Notes under the pieces: generated by a model
Told to the model about the DNA's origin: nothing
Databases searched by the model: none
Seen by the model: only the letters and a program-made list of their open reading frames with translations
Shown: positions 31,208-41,627 of the stretch, one piece after another
Numbering within the stretch: position 1 is the first letter of the stretch
Layout of the letters: each line of letters begins with the position of its first letter
Source: Stramenopiles sp. TOSAG23-2
Taxonomy: Eukaryota
DNA: 45,861 nucleotides
Direction: 5' to 3'
Assembly (NCBI GenBank): GCA_900128395.1
Contig: LT649286.1
Location: forward strand, 1 to 45,861
Made by a program: the position numbers and the translations under genes

Positions 31208-34200
31208 TTACCTACTACTTGTTAAATCATCTTCCTCCCATTTAATTTTAGGCGTATCGCTCCATAGTCCAGCATAATTTGCATTATCAACAAAATTCAA
31301 ACTTGGTGTTCTCACATCTTCACGGCTACTTTCTGCTCCTAGTAAACGTATTGGTTCCTCAACATCATTATTTTCATCTTCAAATTTATCATCAACATTA
31401 CCATAATCATCGTATACCTCTGATTGTGGTAATTGGTTTGTATTTGATACGTTCATTCGTTTAACATCCATAATTTCTTCTACACTGGATGATGGTAACC
31501 TGCTTTGACTTGAAACTGCGCTATTTGTTCCATATGCAACAGCAGAGGAAGATTCTGCAGTATTAGGTGCATTAAAAGTTACATTATTTTTTGAAGATGA
31601 CCTTGATTTTCCAACACGTTCTCTTGATGATTTTGCTGATGTAGATGGACGTTCGCTTTCCTTGGTAACACTTTCAGTTTTACCCTCTTTTCTGCTACCA
31701 CCATTGCCTCCACTTCTTGTATCGTTTTGTGACTGTGGTTCTTCAGTTTCTTCATCGAAAAAATCTTCATCCTCATCATATTCTTCATTTGAATACAGAT
31801 CATAGTCATCACCACCAATATCAAATCCAATTTTTGTTACAGCTGTTATTGGATCAAACCATTTCGAATTTAATTTTGGATCAACTTTTTCATATTTAAC
31901 ATGCTCTAAACTTGACTCTTGTTTGTCCCTTGCTTTTTGTTCCTCTTCGCTGAGTTTCTGTTCATTGCTATCACTAATACCAGAATCGTCTTTCATAATT
32001 TCATCTTCTATTTGTTTATCATCTTTTGGTTCAACATCTGGAAATTGAGGTGGTGGGCCACTTGCTGAGCCAGCTTCTTCTTTTATCCAAACTGTCTCCT
32101 CAGATGTAGAATTGTCTTCATCAACAAAATTTATTGGTAAAGTCTCCTCCACTTTACTGTTAAACTTAGCATAATTTTCTCCAAAATATTCATAAGATTG
32201 TTCCCAGCTCCATATTTTTGGTGCAACTGTAGCATGCAATGAGCGCGTTTTCTTTCTGTTGCTATCGTGATTATTGTTAGATGAATCTCTATTTGGGGAT
32301 TGCATATGTTCACCTTTATTACTTTGAGTTGCCTTTGGAAGACACAAGTCTAACAGTGCAGCAACTGACCCGTCTTTCGTCTCATCTGCATGAACCGAGC
32401 AACTGGAAAGAATTGTTCCACAACATTTACGGATAAATTCATCTTTCGTGTTTCCGACAACTACTGTTAAATCGTAAACACCACATTCTACTAGAAATTT
32501 TCCACGTTCTAAACATGATGATAAATTACATAATGTTGCTACAATATTTTGCCTTTGGTGTAAATTATTACTTTTACTGGTTTGTAAAAATTCAACGAGA
32601 ACCTCTACAACTCCACCATCAATTAAAGTTAAATGTGCATGTTTATGTAAAGCAAGATTGTGTAATGATATGAAACATAGCTCTTTTGTAAAGTCATCGC
32701 CTAGTTGTGCTAAGATAAGCAAAATTGGCAAGATATTTTGATCAAGCATTAGTTGATAATCCCGATTTTCATAATAGATAATATTCGCTAATATACATGC
32801 AATGTCGCGCTGCATATGTACATCCACATTGTCAAGATCAATTGTATTCCAAATGTATCCAACAATATTCAAAATTCCTCCTTGCAACAATTTACAATGT
32901 AAACGTTGCTCCCGAGATACTTTTCCTTCTAAGTCTACAATACCAAATCCATCAACACATGCATGTGGATGGCCCCATGCAATTAAATTTAAGATCATGA
33001 TAGCTATTTTTAACTCTTCCTCGGAATTATCCTTAACATTTACAACTAATTGGGAAATGACTTTTATTATTTTTCTATTTACAATTTCACCTAAAAATTC
33101 TTCAAATAATACCATATGTAACAACGATTGAAAGCATAATGATCGAGTTATTTTTAACGGGCGTAAAGACAATACATGTAACATATCTAAACTCTCTGTT
33201 TTAATGACTGCTTTTACCGAATGCTGATCGCAGCATAGTCGTGCCAATGCTTCCATACACTGAACAGTAGTATTTTTGTCATCTATACGATAAATTTTCT
33301 TCATAACCCCTATACCATCAGCTGCTATAATCCTCCTAATATTTTTATCTCTAAATAAAAAGGAAAGTAATGCTCCAATATTTTGTGCTATATGCAAACT
33401 AGATTCTACTTTCATCGACTTTAATGTACTTAAAAAGTTTTCTTCCATTAACCTGTTTTGGCATGGTTGTTGACACGCTGCTTTTAAAACTTCCCATGCA
33501 TTTGCACGTGTTCCAGCATTTTTGGATTTCATCAATACGGCTAACGATCTTAACACACCACTTTCATCTATGATTTTTTGTATTCCTTCTTCATATTTAG
33601 CAACAACACAATAAATATTTCCTGCCAGTTGCAAGCCATCTTCAAGCGGTTCATCATCTTCGGCAAATTCCGGTGTTGTGGCGGCTGTTATTGCCCATGC
33701 CATTCCTTGCTCCAACAGTGTTGATATTGTATCGTCAGCAATTAAATTTGCAATTGTTTTTATGCATATAAGTTTCGTAATTGGATATTCGGAACGCACT
33801 AATGCGGTAATCATTAATTCTGGCAATGCTCCAGCCTGCACCAAATCTATTTCCCTTGACATTTCACAAGACAAATTACATAGTGCTTTACAACAATTGA
33901 AACGTATGCTTTCATGATGCGCACTTGCTAATGCAATTAAGCTTGTAGCAACCCCTTCTTCTATCATTCTATTTCTACAATTCTCTTCCGCAGATAAGTT
34001 ACAAAATGCCATTGAACAACGTGAAAGATTTACATCGTCTTTGATATTTGATACAATATTTAATCCTTTTGTAGCACCAGCCTCAACAATTTGTTTGCGG
34101 CACGACGGGGCAAACGTTAATGATGTAATAATCGCTGCGGCCCACATTTGGACTTCTTTATTGTCATGCGTACAAAGCTGTACAATAGGATCTATACCGA

Positions 34201-36373
34201 CATTTACTAACCGTCGTCTCATCTTTGTTGAACTTAACATTACAGAGTTCAGTATTAACGCATCTAATATAACTTCATCTTCAGTTGCACTAAGTAAACG
34301 TGTTAAAGCTTTCAATGGCTCTGGTTCTACTGTTTGGAAACGCTTACATGTTGATTTATGCAAGCATAGTATTCTTAGCGTTTTGATGATGATTTTCATG
34401 ATGTATTCATCTTTGACTTCTAATAAGGTGCGTAACATTTGCAAATTGGTTTTCGTAACGAGGACATTAAGTTTAGAATTAAAGCGTGACAATATATATA
34501 TCGTATCACAACATTTTTTCTGTTCCTCTTTATGCTGGTTACGTAACATTAACATTTGTATAGTTTCAAATGCTTTTAATTCTAATGATTTTTTCCTTGT
34601 ATCTTCATACAATAACAAGTTGCACATTGTTATAGTGCAATGCGAGACGATTAAACTCCACGTGTCTTCGCCATTCATTAAATAGATTTCATTATCAATC
34701 ATACGATTCAACACCGCTATAATATTTTTTTTCATCATGTATTTTCTACTTCCTAATTGTTTCGACATAGATCGAAGTGCTGATGCACATCGTAAGCGAG
34801 TGGTAGTATTTTTTGAATCTGATAATACTACAATTGGTTCCAAGACTTGTCCAGCAGCTCGGCCATCTCCATGCGTATCCATAGCTAAATGATTTAACGC
34901 TAAGATACATCTTTGCCTTGTATCGCTATTTTTTGATTTAGACATTTTTACCAATAATTGAACTGCATTTTGTCGTATAACAGCAGCTTTCAATTCACCT
35001 TTGCATGCCGATAAATGATTCAACGTTGATGCTATAGAGCATTCAACGTCATCTACTACAGGCGTTGACACTGCTGGATCCGATGCAAATTGTGTATGAA
35101 AATCGGAAAGATCTTTCACCATGCCTTCAGAAATTATTCTTGCACGATGGTTTTCATATAATGCTAAATTATTCAATGCGCGTGCAGCATACTTTTTTGA
35201 AGACGTTGGCATTAAAGTCGATGACATTACATCCCTACATGTATTAATTACATAGTCCACTCCAGCATATGATGTTTGCTCATCGAAACACGTAGTTAAG
35301 TTCAATAGCGTTTTCACGACTAATAATTGAACCTCTTCTCCTAATTGCATAGTAATAAGTTTATCTAAAACACTTAATGCGCCTTGCTGTACTAATAAAG
35401 CTTCATAGCCTGGCACCGCGCTTAACCAACACAATGATGCCACGCAATGTGATAATATTAAATTTGATGCATCGCCTTCCGTATTACTCAATTTCACAAT
35501 AGTTTCTACTACATATGATTCAAATAATGATTTTTGGATATCTGGATAGCGCGTTAAATTATGAAATGCTACAGCGCAATTTGTCTTGATATCATCATCA
35601 TCTAATGCAGCCATGGTTGTTAAAACATCCAAACCTCCTTCATTTATTAAATTCTGGCTATTTGATTTATGCCATGATAAATTGCATAATGATTTTGTAA
35701 CTTTTCGTTTATCTTCCAAAAATTCTATTACTTTTTTTCTACCATTTGCTCCTGATTCATTTCTATCTCCAAAATCACCCCATGGGTTTCTAGATTTATG
35801 CTCCTGGGCTTTTTGCATCCTTGACATGTACATTATGCCTTCTAAATAACTTCTTTTGGTTCCAAATAAATCACCACCATATTTTGGTAAACAACTTTTA
35901 ACAAAATCTAAATCGACGCTACGATGTAATTTTTTTAACTTTCGTTGGGCTTTCTTCTTCATGTCTTTTTTTTGATCCTGCATACCACTATCTAATGAAT
36001 ATTCCGGGAATCGCTCTTCGGCATTTTGTTTATGTCGTTTATTGTGATTTAACATTCTTTGCTTTTCCAAGCGAAGTCTTCGTTCATGTGCTAGTGCTTT
36101 TCTCAGCTCTTTTTCATCATCTGCACTTAGTTGAACATTTCGTCGAACGGGGATAAACTTTTTTGTCGTATCGTCGTTACGTAAAAAACGTCCTTTAGTT
36201 TCAAATGCGTGTAATTGAAATTCCAATTCACGCTTTGCTTTTTTACGTATACCTTCAATAACAGACATCTTTCTACCACTAGGATCGTTGTTAACTTTAT
36301 TGGTATTCATAGTGCTTGCAGTAGAAGTTTTTGAAGGTTGTGTATGAATAGAAGTGTTTGCTGTTACGTCCAT
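31208..36373 (-). CDS. Large armadillo-repeat protein (Vac8-like repeats) with acidic disordered tail
   Basis: 1721 aa with many ARM-type repeats (CKALCNLS, GALPEL, CSMAFCNLS, VATLCNLS, GGVVEVLV). Confidence 0.88.
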   Translation of the reverse strand: MDVTANTSIHTQPSKTSTASTMNTNKVNNDPSGRKMSVIEGIRKKAKRELEFQLHAFETKGRFLRNDDTTKKFIPVRRNVQLSADDEKELRKALAHERRLRLEKQRMLNHNKRHKQNAEERFPEYSLDSGMQDQKKDMKKKAQRKLKKLHRSVDLDFVKSCLPKYGGDLFGTKRSYLEGIMYMSRMQKAQEHKSRNPWGDFGDRNESGANGRKKVIEFLEDKRKVTKSLCNLSWHKSNSQNLINEGGLDVLTTMAALDDDDIKTNCAVAFHNLTRYPDIQKSLFESYVVETIVKLSNTEGDASNLILSHCVASLCWLSAVPGYEALLVQQGALSVLDKLITMQLGEEVQLLVVKTLLNLTTCFDEQTSYAGVDYVINTCRDVMSSTLMPTSSKKYAARALNNLALYENHRARIISEGMVKDLSDFHTQFASDPAVSTPVVDDVECSIASTLNHLSACKGELKAAVIRQNAVQLLVKMSKSKNSDTRQRCILALNHLAMDTHGDGRAAGQVLEPIVVLSDSKNTTTRLRCASALRSMSKQLGSRKYMMKKNIIAVLNRMIDNEIYLMNGEDTWSLIVSHCTITMCNLLLYEDTRKKSLELKAFETIQMLMLRNQHKEEQKKCCDTIYILSRFNSKLNVLVTKTNLQMLRTLLEVKDEYIMKIIIKTLRILCLHKSTCKRFQTVEPEPLKALTRLLSATEDEVILDALILNSVMLSSTKMRRRLVNVGIDPIVQLCTHDNKEVQMWAAAIITSLTFAPSCRKQIVEAGATKGLNIVSNIKDDVNLSRCSMAFCNLSAEENCRNRMIEEGVATSLIALASAHHESIRFNCCKALCNLSCEMSREIDLVQAGALPELMITALVRSEYPITKLICIKTIANLIADDTISTLLEQGMAWAITAATTPEFAEDDEPLEDGLQLAGNIYCVVAKYEEGIQKIIDESGVLRSLAVLMKSKNAGTRANAWEVLKAACQQPCQNRLMEENFLSTLKSMKVESSLHIAQNIGALLSFLFRDKNIRRIIAADGIGVMKKIYRIDDKNTTVQCMEALARLCCDQHSVKAVIKTESLDMLHVLSLRPLKITRSLCFQSLLHMVLFEEFLGEIVNRKIIKVISQLVVNVKDNSEEELKIAIMILNLIAWGHPHACVDGFGIVDLEGKVSREQRLHCKLLQGGILNIVGYIWNTIDLDNVDVHMQRDIACILANIIYYENRDYQLMLDQNILPILLILAQLGDDFTKELCFISLHNLALHKHAHLTLIDGGVVEVLVEFLQTSKSNNLHQRQNIVATLCNLSSCLERGKFLVECGVYDLTVVVGNTKDEFIRKCCGTILSSCSVHADETKDGSVAALLDLCLPKATQSNKGEHMQSPNRDSSNNNHDSNRKKTRSLHATVAPKIWSWEQSYEYFGENYAKFNSKVEETLPINFVDEDNSTSEETVWIKEEAGSASGPPPQFPDVEPKDDKQIEDEIMKDDSGISDSNEQKLSEEEQKARDKQESSLEHVKYEKVDPKLNSKWFDPITAVTKIGFDIGGDDYDLYSNEEYDEDEDFFDEETEEPQSQNDTRSGGNGGSRKEGKTESVTKESERPSTSAKSSRERVGKSRSSSKNNVTFNAPNTAESSSAVAYGTNSAVSSQSRLPSSSVEEIMDVKRMNVSNTNQLPQSEVYDDYGNVDDKFEDENNDVEEPIRLLGAESSREDVRTPSLNFVDNANYAGLWSDTPKIKWEEDDLTSSR

Positions 36374-37282
36374 TATGAATAATAATTTACAATAATATAC
36401 CTATACCAAATATATATTTGCGTGATTTCTTATAAATTAATACGCTACTGGGTATATAAATTTGTATGATATATAATGTCGTTTCGTGATTCAATGGTTT
36501 TATTTTTATAGGAACGTACTTAACTTATTAATTAACCAAAGGAGCTTCTATCTGGTAATAACCAATTATTGGATGGATAGATAATTATTGTTTTTTTTTG
36601 TAACAACATTATTTATTATTATTATGATGCATGATGAAACAAACTTGTGCCAACGTACAAATTCTGATGATGCCTGTAATAAGTAGTGCTCTGATGGTAG
36701 AAATTAGAAATTAGGAACATATAGAGGAAACGTAAAGTACAAAATTTTATACTTATTTAATACTGTAAAAGATCGAAAAAAAGCTGTATAATATAAATAG
36801 TTATAAAGTTATAAATAAAAGTCTGTGTATTTCCTCCTATATTTCCATGGTACAGTACAGAGTAATGCTATTCCCCTGTATGCTGGAATGCCGACAAAAA
36901 ACTTATTCCTCTATTTCGAACTTTTTTTCTTTTTTTGTGAGCTTGGCAACCTTAATTGAATTAATCTAGAATTTTAGATTTTAGAAAAATGATAAATTAT
37001 TAGTCTAGAATTAGTTATATAGGAATACCATTAAAAAACAATTACTTCAATAAATATACATATATTGATGAATAGTGCAATATATTGAATTATAGAAACA
37101 TGTATTTAATAGAAAGTTTAAATAGTTACAACAGGATAAACAGGAAGTCATATATATATATAGATAGATAGATAGATTTATTTATATATATATATATATT
37201 TATATATTGCAGCATCATATATATATATATATATCGCGTATATACATTATATATATATATAACATATAATATATTATTAATA

Positions 37283-37945
37283 ATGCCACGTGGAAGAGTA
37301 AAAAAATATAAAGTTGTTTTGTTAGGTGAAGGTAGAGTTGGGAAGACTTCAATATTAATTCGTTTTTGTCAAAATAATTTCGATGATCGTCAACAACCAA
37401 CTTTACAAGCATCATACCTTGATAAAAAATTAAACGTTGATAAACAAAGTGTACATTTATCTATATGGGATACCGCAGGGCAAGAACGATTTCATGCTCT
37501 TGGTCCTATTTATTACCGTGATGCAGATGCTGCGTTACTTGTTTATGATATAACTGACGGTGATACTCTTGAACGTGTAAGAAAATGGGTGACGGAATTA
37601 AAACGTCATGCATCTGAAAATATTGTAATGGCAATAGCAGGAAATAAGAGTGATCTTGAAAAAAGACGAATAGTAAAACGACAGGATGCGCTTGATTTTG
37701 CAAAAAGCGTTGGAGCTAGTCACTTCGATACTTCAGCAAAAGCTGGACGTGGTTTAAATGAAGCTTTTTTACATCTTGCAAGAGGTATAATAAAGCAAAA
37801 ACAAAATGATAGTGCACCGCTAACACTAGGTAATGGTGGTGGTCGTAAACGAGGCGGTAGAGGTAGTGTGAAAACAATACGGATTAGGGAAGATTCCATT
37901 GATGAGGATGCAACAAATGGTAAAAAAAGCGGAGGATGTTGTTAA
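37283..37945 (+). CDS. RAB21: Rab GTPase, Rab21 subfamily
   Basis: GEGRVGKTS, TLQASY, WDTAGQERFHALGPIYYRD, NKSD, TSAK and C-terminal GGCC prenylation motif. Confidence 0.93.
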   Translation: MPRGRVKKYKVVLLGEGRVGKTSILIRFCQNNFDDRQQPTLQASYLDKKLNVDKQSVHLSIWDTAGQERFHALGPIYYRDADAALLVYDITDGDTLERVRKWVTELKRHASENIVMAIAGNKSDLEKRRIVKRQDALDFAKSVGASHFDTSAKAGRGLNEAFLHLARGIIKQKQNDSAPLTLGNGGGRKRGGRGSVKTIRIREDSIDEDATNGKKSGGCC

Positions 37946-38282
37946 AATATCACATATATATATAATGGTGAACATATATATTAAATATTTAAAATATTAT
38001 CCTTTATTTTATTTTATAAAATAAATAAAATCAATGATATTTAAAATAAAAAGTGTGTTAAAAGTGTGGAGTATTAGTTTGCAGAGAGGTGCATTAGAGC
38101 TTTACTATATAATAGTAGGATAGCATATTATTCTTGCGATTGAGTATTGAGCATATATTACTTAACACAAGAAAGTGTAAAATTTTTATAACACTACGAT
38201 AAAATACAAATAATTATATATGATATGATATGTACGTATCGAATTAATATATATATATATACATTTACGGAAGGTAATATCA

Positions 38283-40196
38283 TCAACCTTTCTTTTTTTT
38301 GGGACTAAGCGCTTTCACAGCATTCGCACCTGAACCAGCAGCAGGTGCTTTACTATTACTACTACTACTACTACTTTTCTTTGCATTACCTTTCTTTGCA
38401 TTTCCTTTTTTTTTACCTCCTTTTTTACCACTTGATGATTTATTAGATTTACCACCACTTTTTTTAGCTTTTACAGCTTCTGCTTTTGCTGTCGCACCTT
38501 TTGCTTCTTGTTTTTCTTTCTCTGCTTTTTTATACGCATCTATATTATCAAATCCTAGCTCCTTTGCTTTTTTTTCCGCCTTCCATGTTTCAAGTACATC
38601 AAGCATTTCTTCATTTCCTTTGTACAACATTGCTCCTAATAAATCTTTCTTTGGCTCAACAACTTGAAATGCATTTTTATTATAATTATTTGGTATCATT
38701 GGATCGCCACCGCTTTCTAAGATCAATCTCAATGAATCTTTGTGCCCGTGAAATGCTGCTACGCTAACAGGAGTCCAACCTTTACTATCTCTTGCATTGA
38801 CATTTGGACGAAATGATCGTTGTTCCAATGAAGGACCATCGCTAAAAGGATCATCTTCGATTGTTTTGTAATGATGCAATAAAAAATTAACCATTTCTGT
38901 TTTACCAGCTTGTGCAGCAATCATCAATAATGTTTGTCCTCTTTCATCCCTTGACTTAACACTACCACGACAATTTCTACTACCTTCACGCTCCGCTTCC
39001 ATTACCAATCGTTCTATCTCACCTTTTAATTCATCAACATTGCCGTTTTTTGCATGGTCAACCAATGATTTACGTATCAATTCTCTTGCTAATGCCTCTT
39101 TCTCCGCTGCAGTAGCTAATCTTTCTTCCATTTTTTGCCGTATAATAGCATCACGTTCTTGCTTCAATATTTCTACTTGTTGACGATCCCAATTGTCCAA
39201 TATCGTACGAATTTCTTCAGTTTTAGCAACATGAAATGGTGCCTCTGCGCCTTTTGCTTTTAAATCTGGGTCACCACCTGAATTTAACAATAATAAAATG
39301 GTAGATTTATGTCCATTAAATGATGCGCGAAAAAGAGGCGATCGTCCCTGATCATTTTGTGCATTCGGATCCGCCCCTAATTCCAATAAATATTTTACAA
39401 TTTCATCTTGATTTTGTGCTGCAGCTTCACCAAGTGATGTATTATCATGGCCATCCACAGATTCTATATCATATCCTTTTTCAATCCATTCTTTTACTAC
39501 ATCTATCTCACCATCAAATGCTGCTTCAACCATTTCTAAACTATTTCGTTTTACTAATTTAACACCAAACATCGATGCCAATGCAGCATCTGCTTCAAAT
39601 TTTTTATCTGCTTCAGATTTATTTTGATTGGCTTCCTCATTTTTCATTTTAATAATTTGGAAATTTTTTACAGCATAATCCAAACCAACTTGTGGTGGAT
39701 CTTTATTTGTTACAAAAATCAATTTAAAGTCATCTTTCGGTATAAACAAATTTGGTGCTGGGTCGCCTAAATCAGGTTTTAATAATGTCGTGAATGTTTC
39801 CTCTTGGAATAACTTCTTACGGTTCAATAAATCAAATTTATTTTCAAATTGAAAAACATCTCTTAAATCTGTATCAAACTCCCCAAACGACATGGTAAAC
39901 CATCCACCATGTTCCATGCTACCTACTAATGCTTTCCTAACTGATTCTGGTTCCACATCTTCTTTCCTAGCTGCTTGTAAATATGCACCACGTTGATATC
40001 GTAAAAATCTAGATGCTTGAGAATCTTTATTATCAATAATTAAACAATTAGTTTCCGCAGTATATGTAGCAATATCAAGTGCATCTGGTAAATCATGTAA
40101 TGTAACCGATATTGGTTCTAGATTTCTTATTTCATTGTTGTTGTTATTATTATTATCATTATTCGTCTCTGTAGTTGGTTTTGTTGTATCTTCCAT
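38283..40196 (-). CDS. Ankyrin-repeat protein, IQANK1-like
   Basis: Ankyrin repeats (DNTSLGEAA, GRSPLFRASFNGH, GQTLLMIAA, GWTPVSVAAFHGH), EAAFDG motif, N-terminal LIID...QASRFLRY domain and Lys-rich tail. Confidence 0.85.
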   Translation of the reverse strand: MEDTTKPTTETNNDNNNNNNNEIRNLEPISVTLHDLPDALDIATYTAETNCLIIDNKDSQASRFLRYQRGAYLQAARKEDVEPESVRKALVGSMEHGGWFTMSFGEFDTDLRDVFQFENKFDLLNRKKLFQEETFTTLLKPDLGDPAPNLFIPKDDFKLIFVTNKDPPQVGLDYAVKNFQIIKMKNEEANQNKSEADKKFEADAALASMFGVKLVKRNSLEMVEAAFDGEIDVVKEWIEKGYDIESVDGHDNTSLGEAAAQNQDEIVKYLLELGADPNAQNDQGRSPLFRASFNGHKSTILLLLNSGGDPDLKAKGAEAPFHVAKTEEIRTILDNWDRQQVEILKQERDAIIRQKMEERLATAAEKEALARELIRKSLVDHAKNGNVDELKGEIERLVMEAEREGSRNCRGSVKSRDERGQTLLMIAAQAGKTEMVNFLLHHYKTIEDDPFSDGPSLEQRSFRPNVNARDSKGWTPVSVAAFHGHKDSLRLILESGGDPMIPNNYNKNAFQVVEPKKDLLGAMLYKGNEEMLDVLETWKAEKKAKELGFDNIDAYKKAEKEKQEAKGATAKAEAVKAKKSGGKSNKSSSGKKGGKKKGNAKKGNAKKSSSSSSNSKAPAAGSGANAVKALSPKKKKG

Positions 40197-40879
40197 CTTT
40201 GTTATTACTTGTTTTCCCTTTGTCTTTCTTTCTTTGATTTCTCATGTATCATTTGGTGTGTAATCATATAAGTATAAACATGCATCATTAGTTTCTTATG
40301 TGGTATATTAAATATCTGGAAAAAAAGGAATGGCACAATGATGGGGTGCAATATTTGATGTTCCGCCGTCGTCTGTACAGTAGTGCTACTACAGTATACC
40401 TGGTATTGTATTTTTTTGACTATTATTTCCTTACCAGCTTACTGGCTTACAGCCTTACAGTTTAAGTGTTTAAATGATGGACTACATTGTATACTAAGAA
40501 GTATAGAAATCACAAATATATATATTTGTAAAATTAAAATGCAAATTAAAATTGATGATGCGAATTTTTTTTGATTATTATAATACGAATTGATAGGAGC
40601 CAAAAAACGGTGCCGGGGTGCTGGCACAATTTTTTTTTTTCACATTTTATTTTCTTTTTGGTCTTTTTTGGTGTGTTCCCACTGCTGGCCCATAATATAC
40701 TGTATGTGCTATTATAGAGCACCCTGGGAGCATATAGAGTAGAGAAGTAATGAGAAAACCAGAAAAGTACGATGTAAGTAGAATTCCTCTATATATAAAA
40801 ATGTGTGCGATCAGGTTTTTCATCATTCATTGTTGGGGCAATTCAAAGTCACTTCGTTGATGATATTATTAATATAGCT

Positions 40880-41470
40880 ATGCAGTATTTTTCCGTCACC
40901 TCCTCGCCTGGAAGAAAACTACAAAATATTTTTTTTGTATTATCGGCAAGAGCTTCAATTATTGCTATTTTTGGAATCTTAAGTATTTCACATGTTGTCT
41001 TCGCAACTACCACCACAGGTGGTAGTGAGTATCATCTAACTGTGGAAAAATATAATGGTATAGACTGCATTCCTAGTGATATACACAAAACAGAGGTATG
41101 GAATGGAACATGTTTCTCGGTCCCGCCAATTGCATTTGACGCCAATACAACAAAACCAATTTGGATTCAAGTATTTGTTTCAGGGTGCTACAAAGGCGCA
41201 AAATATATGACAATCATTTATAGTGACTCCAAATGCGGGCAAAAAATTTTAGAACTTGAAAATTATCTCCAGAAGTCGTTTCACCCATATCCTTCAAAAT
41301 GCATTAATTTAGGAATTACATCAGAAATTGTTTCATGTGTTGAATTAAAAAAAGGAGACCGCTCTCCCATTCTTGTAACGACAGAAGATTTTTCCTGGAT
41401 TTGGATTATTATATGCTCACTTTGTTGTTGCTGTATTTGTTATTGTAACAGAGAGTTGTGTATGTTATAA
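40880..41470 (+). CDS. Hypothetical Cys-rich membrane-anchored protein
   Basis: First ATG at 40880; hydrophobic N-terminal segment, spaced Cys residues, C-terminal TM WIWIIICSLCCCCICYC. Confidence 0.6.
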   Translation: MQYFSVTSSPGRKLQNIFFVLSARASIIAIFGILSISHVVFATTTTGGSEYHLTVEKYNGIDCIPSDIHKTEVWNGTCFSVPPIAFDANTTKPIWIQVFVSGCYKGAKYMTIIYSDSKCGQKILELENYLQKSFHPYPSKCINLGITSEIVSCVELKKGDRSPILVTTEDFSWIWIIICSLCCCCICYCNRELCML

Positions 41471-41627
41471 AATATGATGATAATATATATATACGAAGTT
41501 TGTACGAACTCGTAATAATTTTTATATCTCTCCCGTGATAAATATTACGAAATGCTCTATACTCGATAGATTTCTAATAATACAGTAACGAAGGTTGTAT
41601 AAAATACACAATCAACTCTCACCTTTG

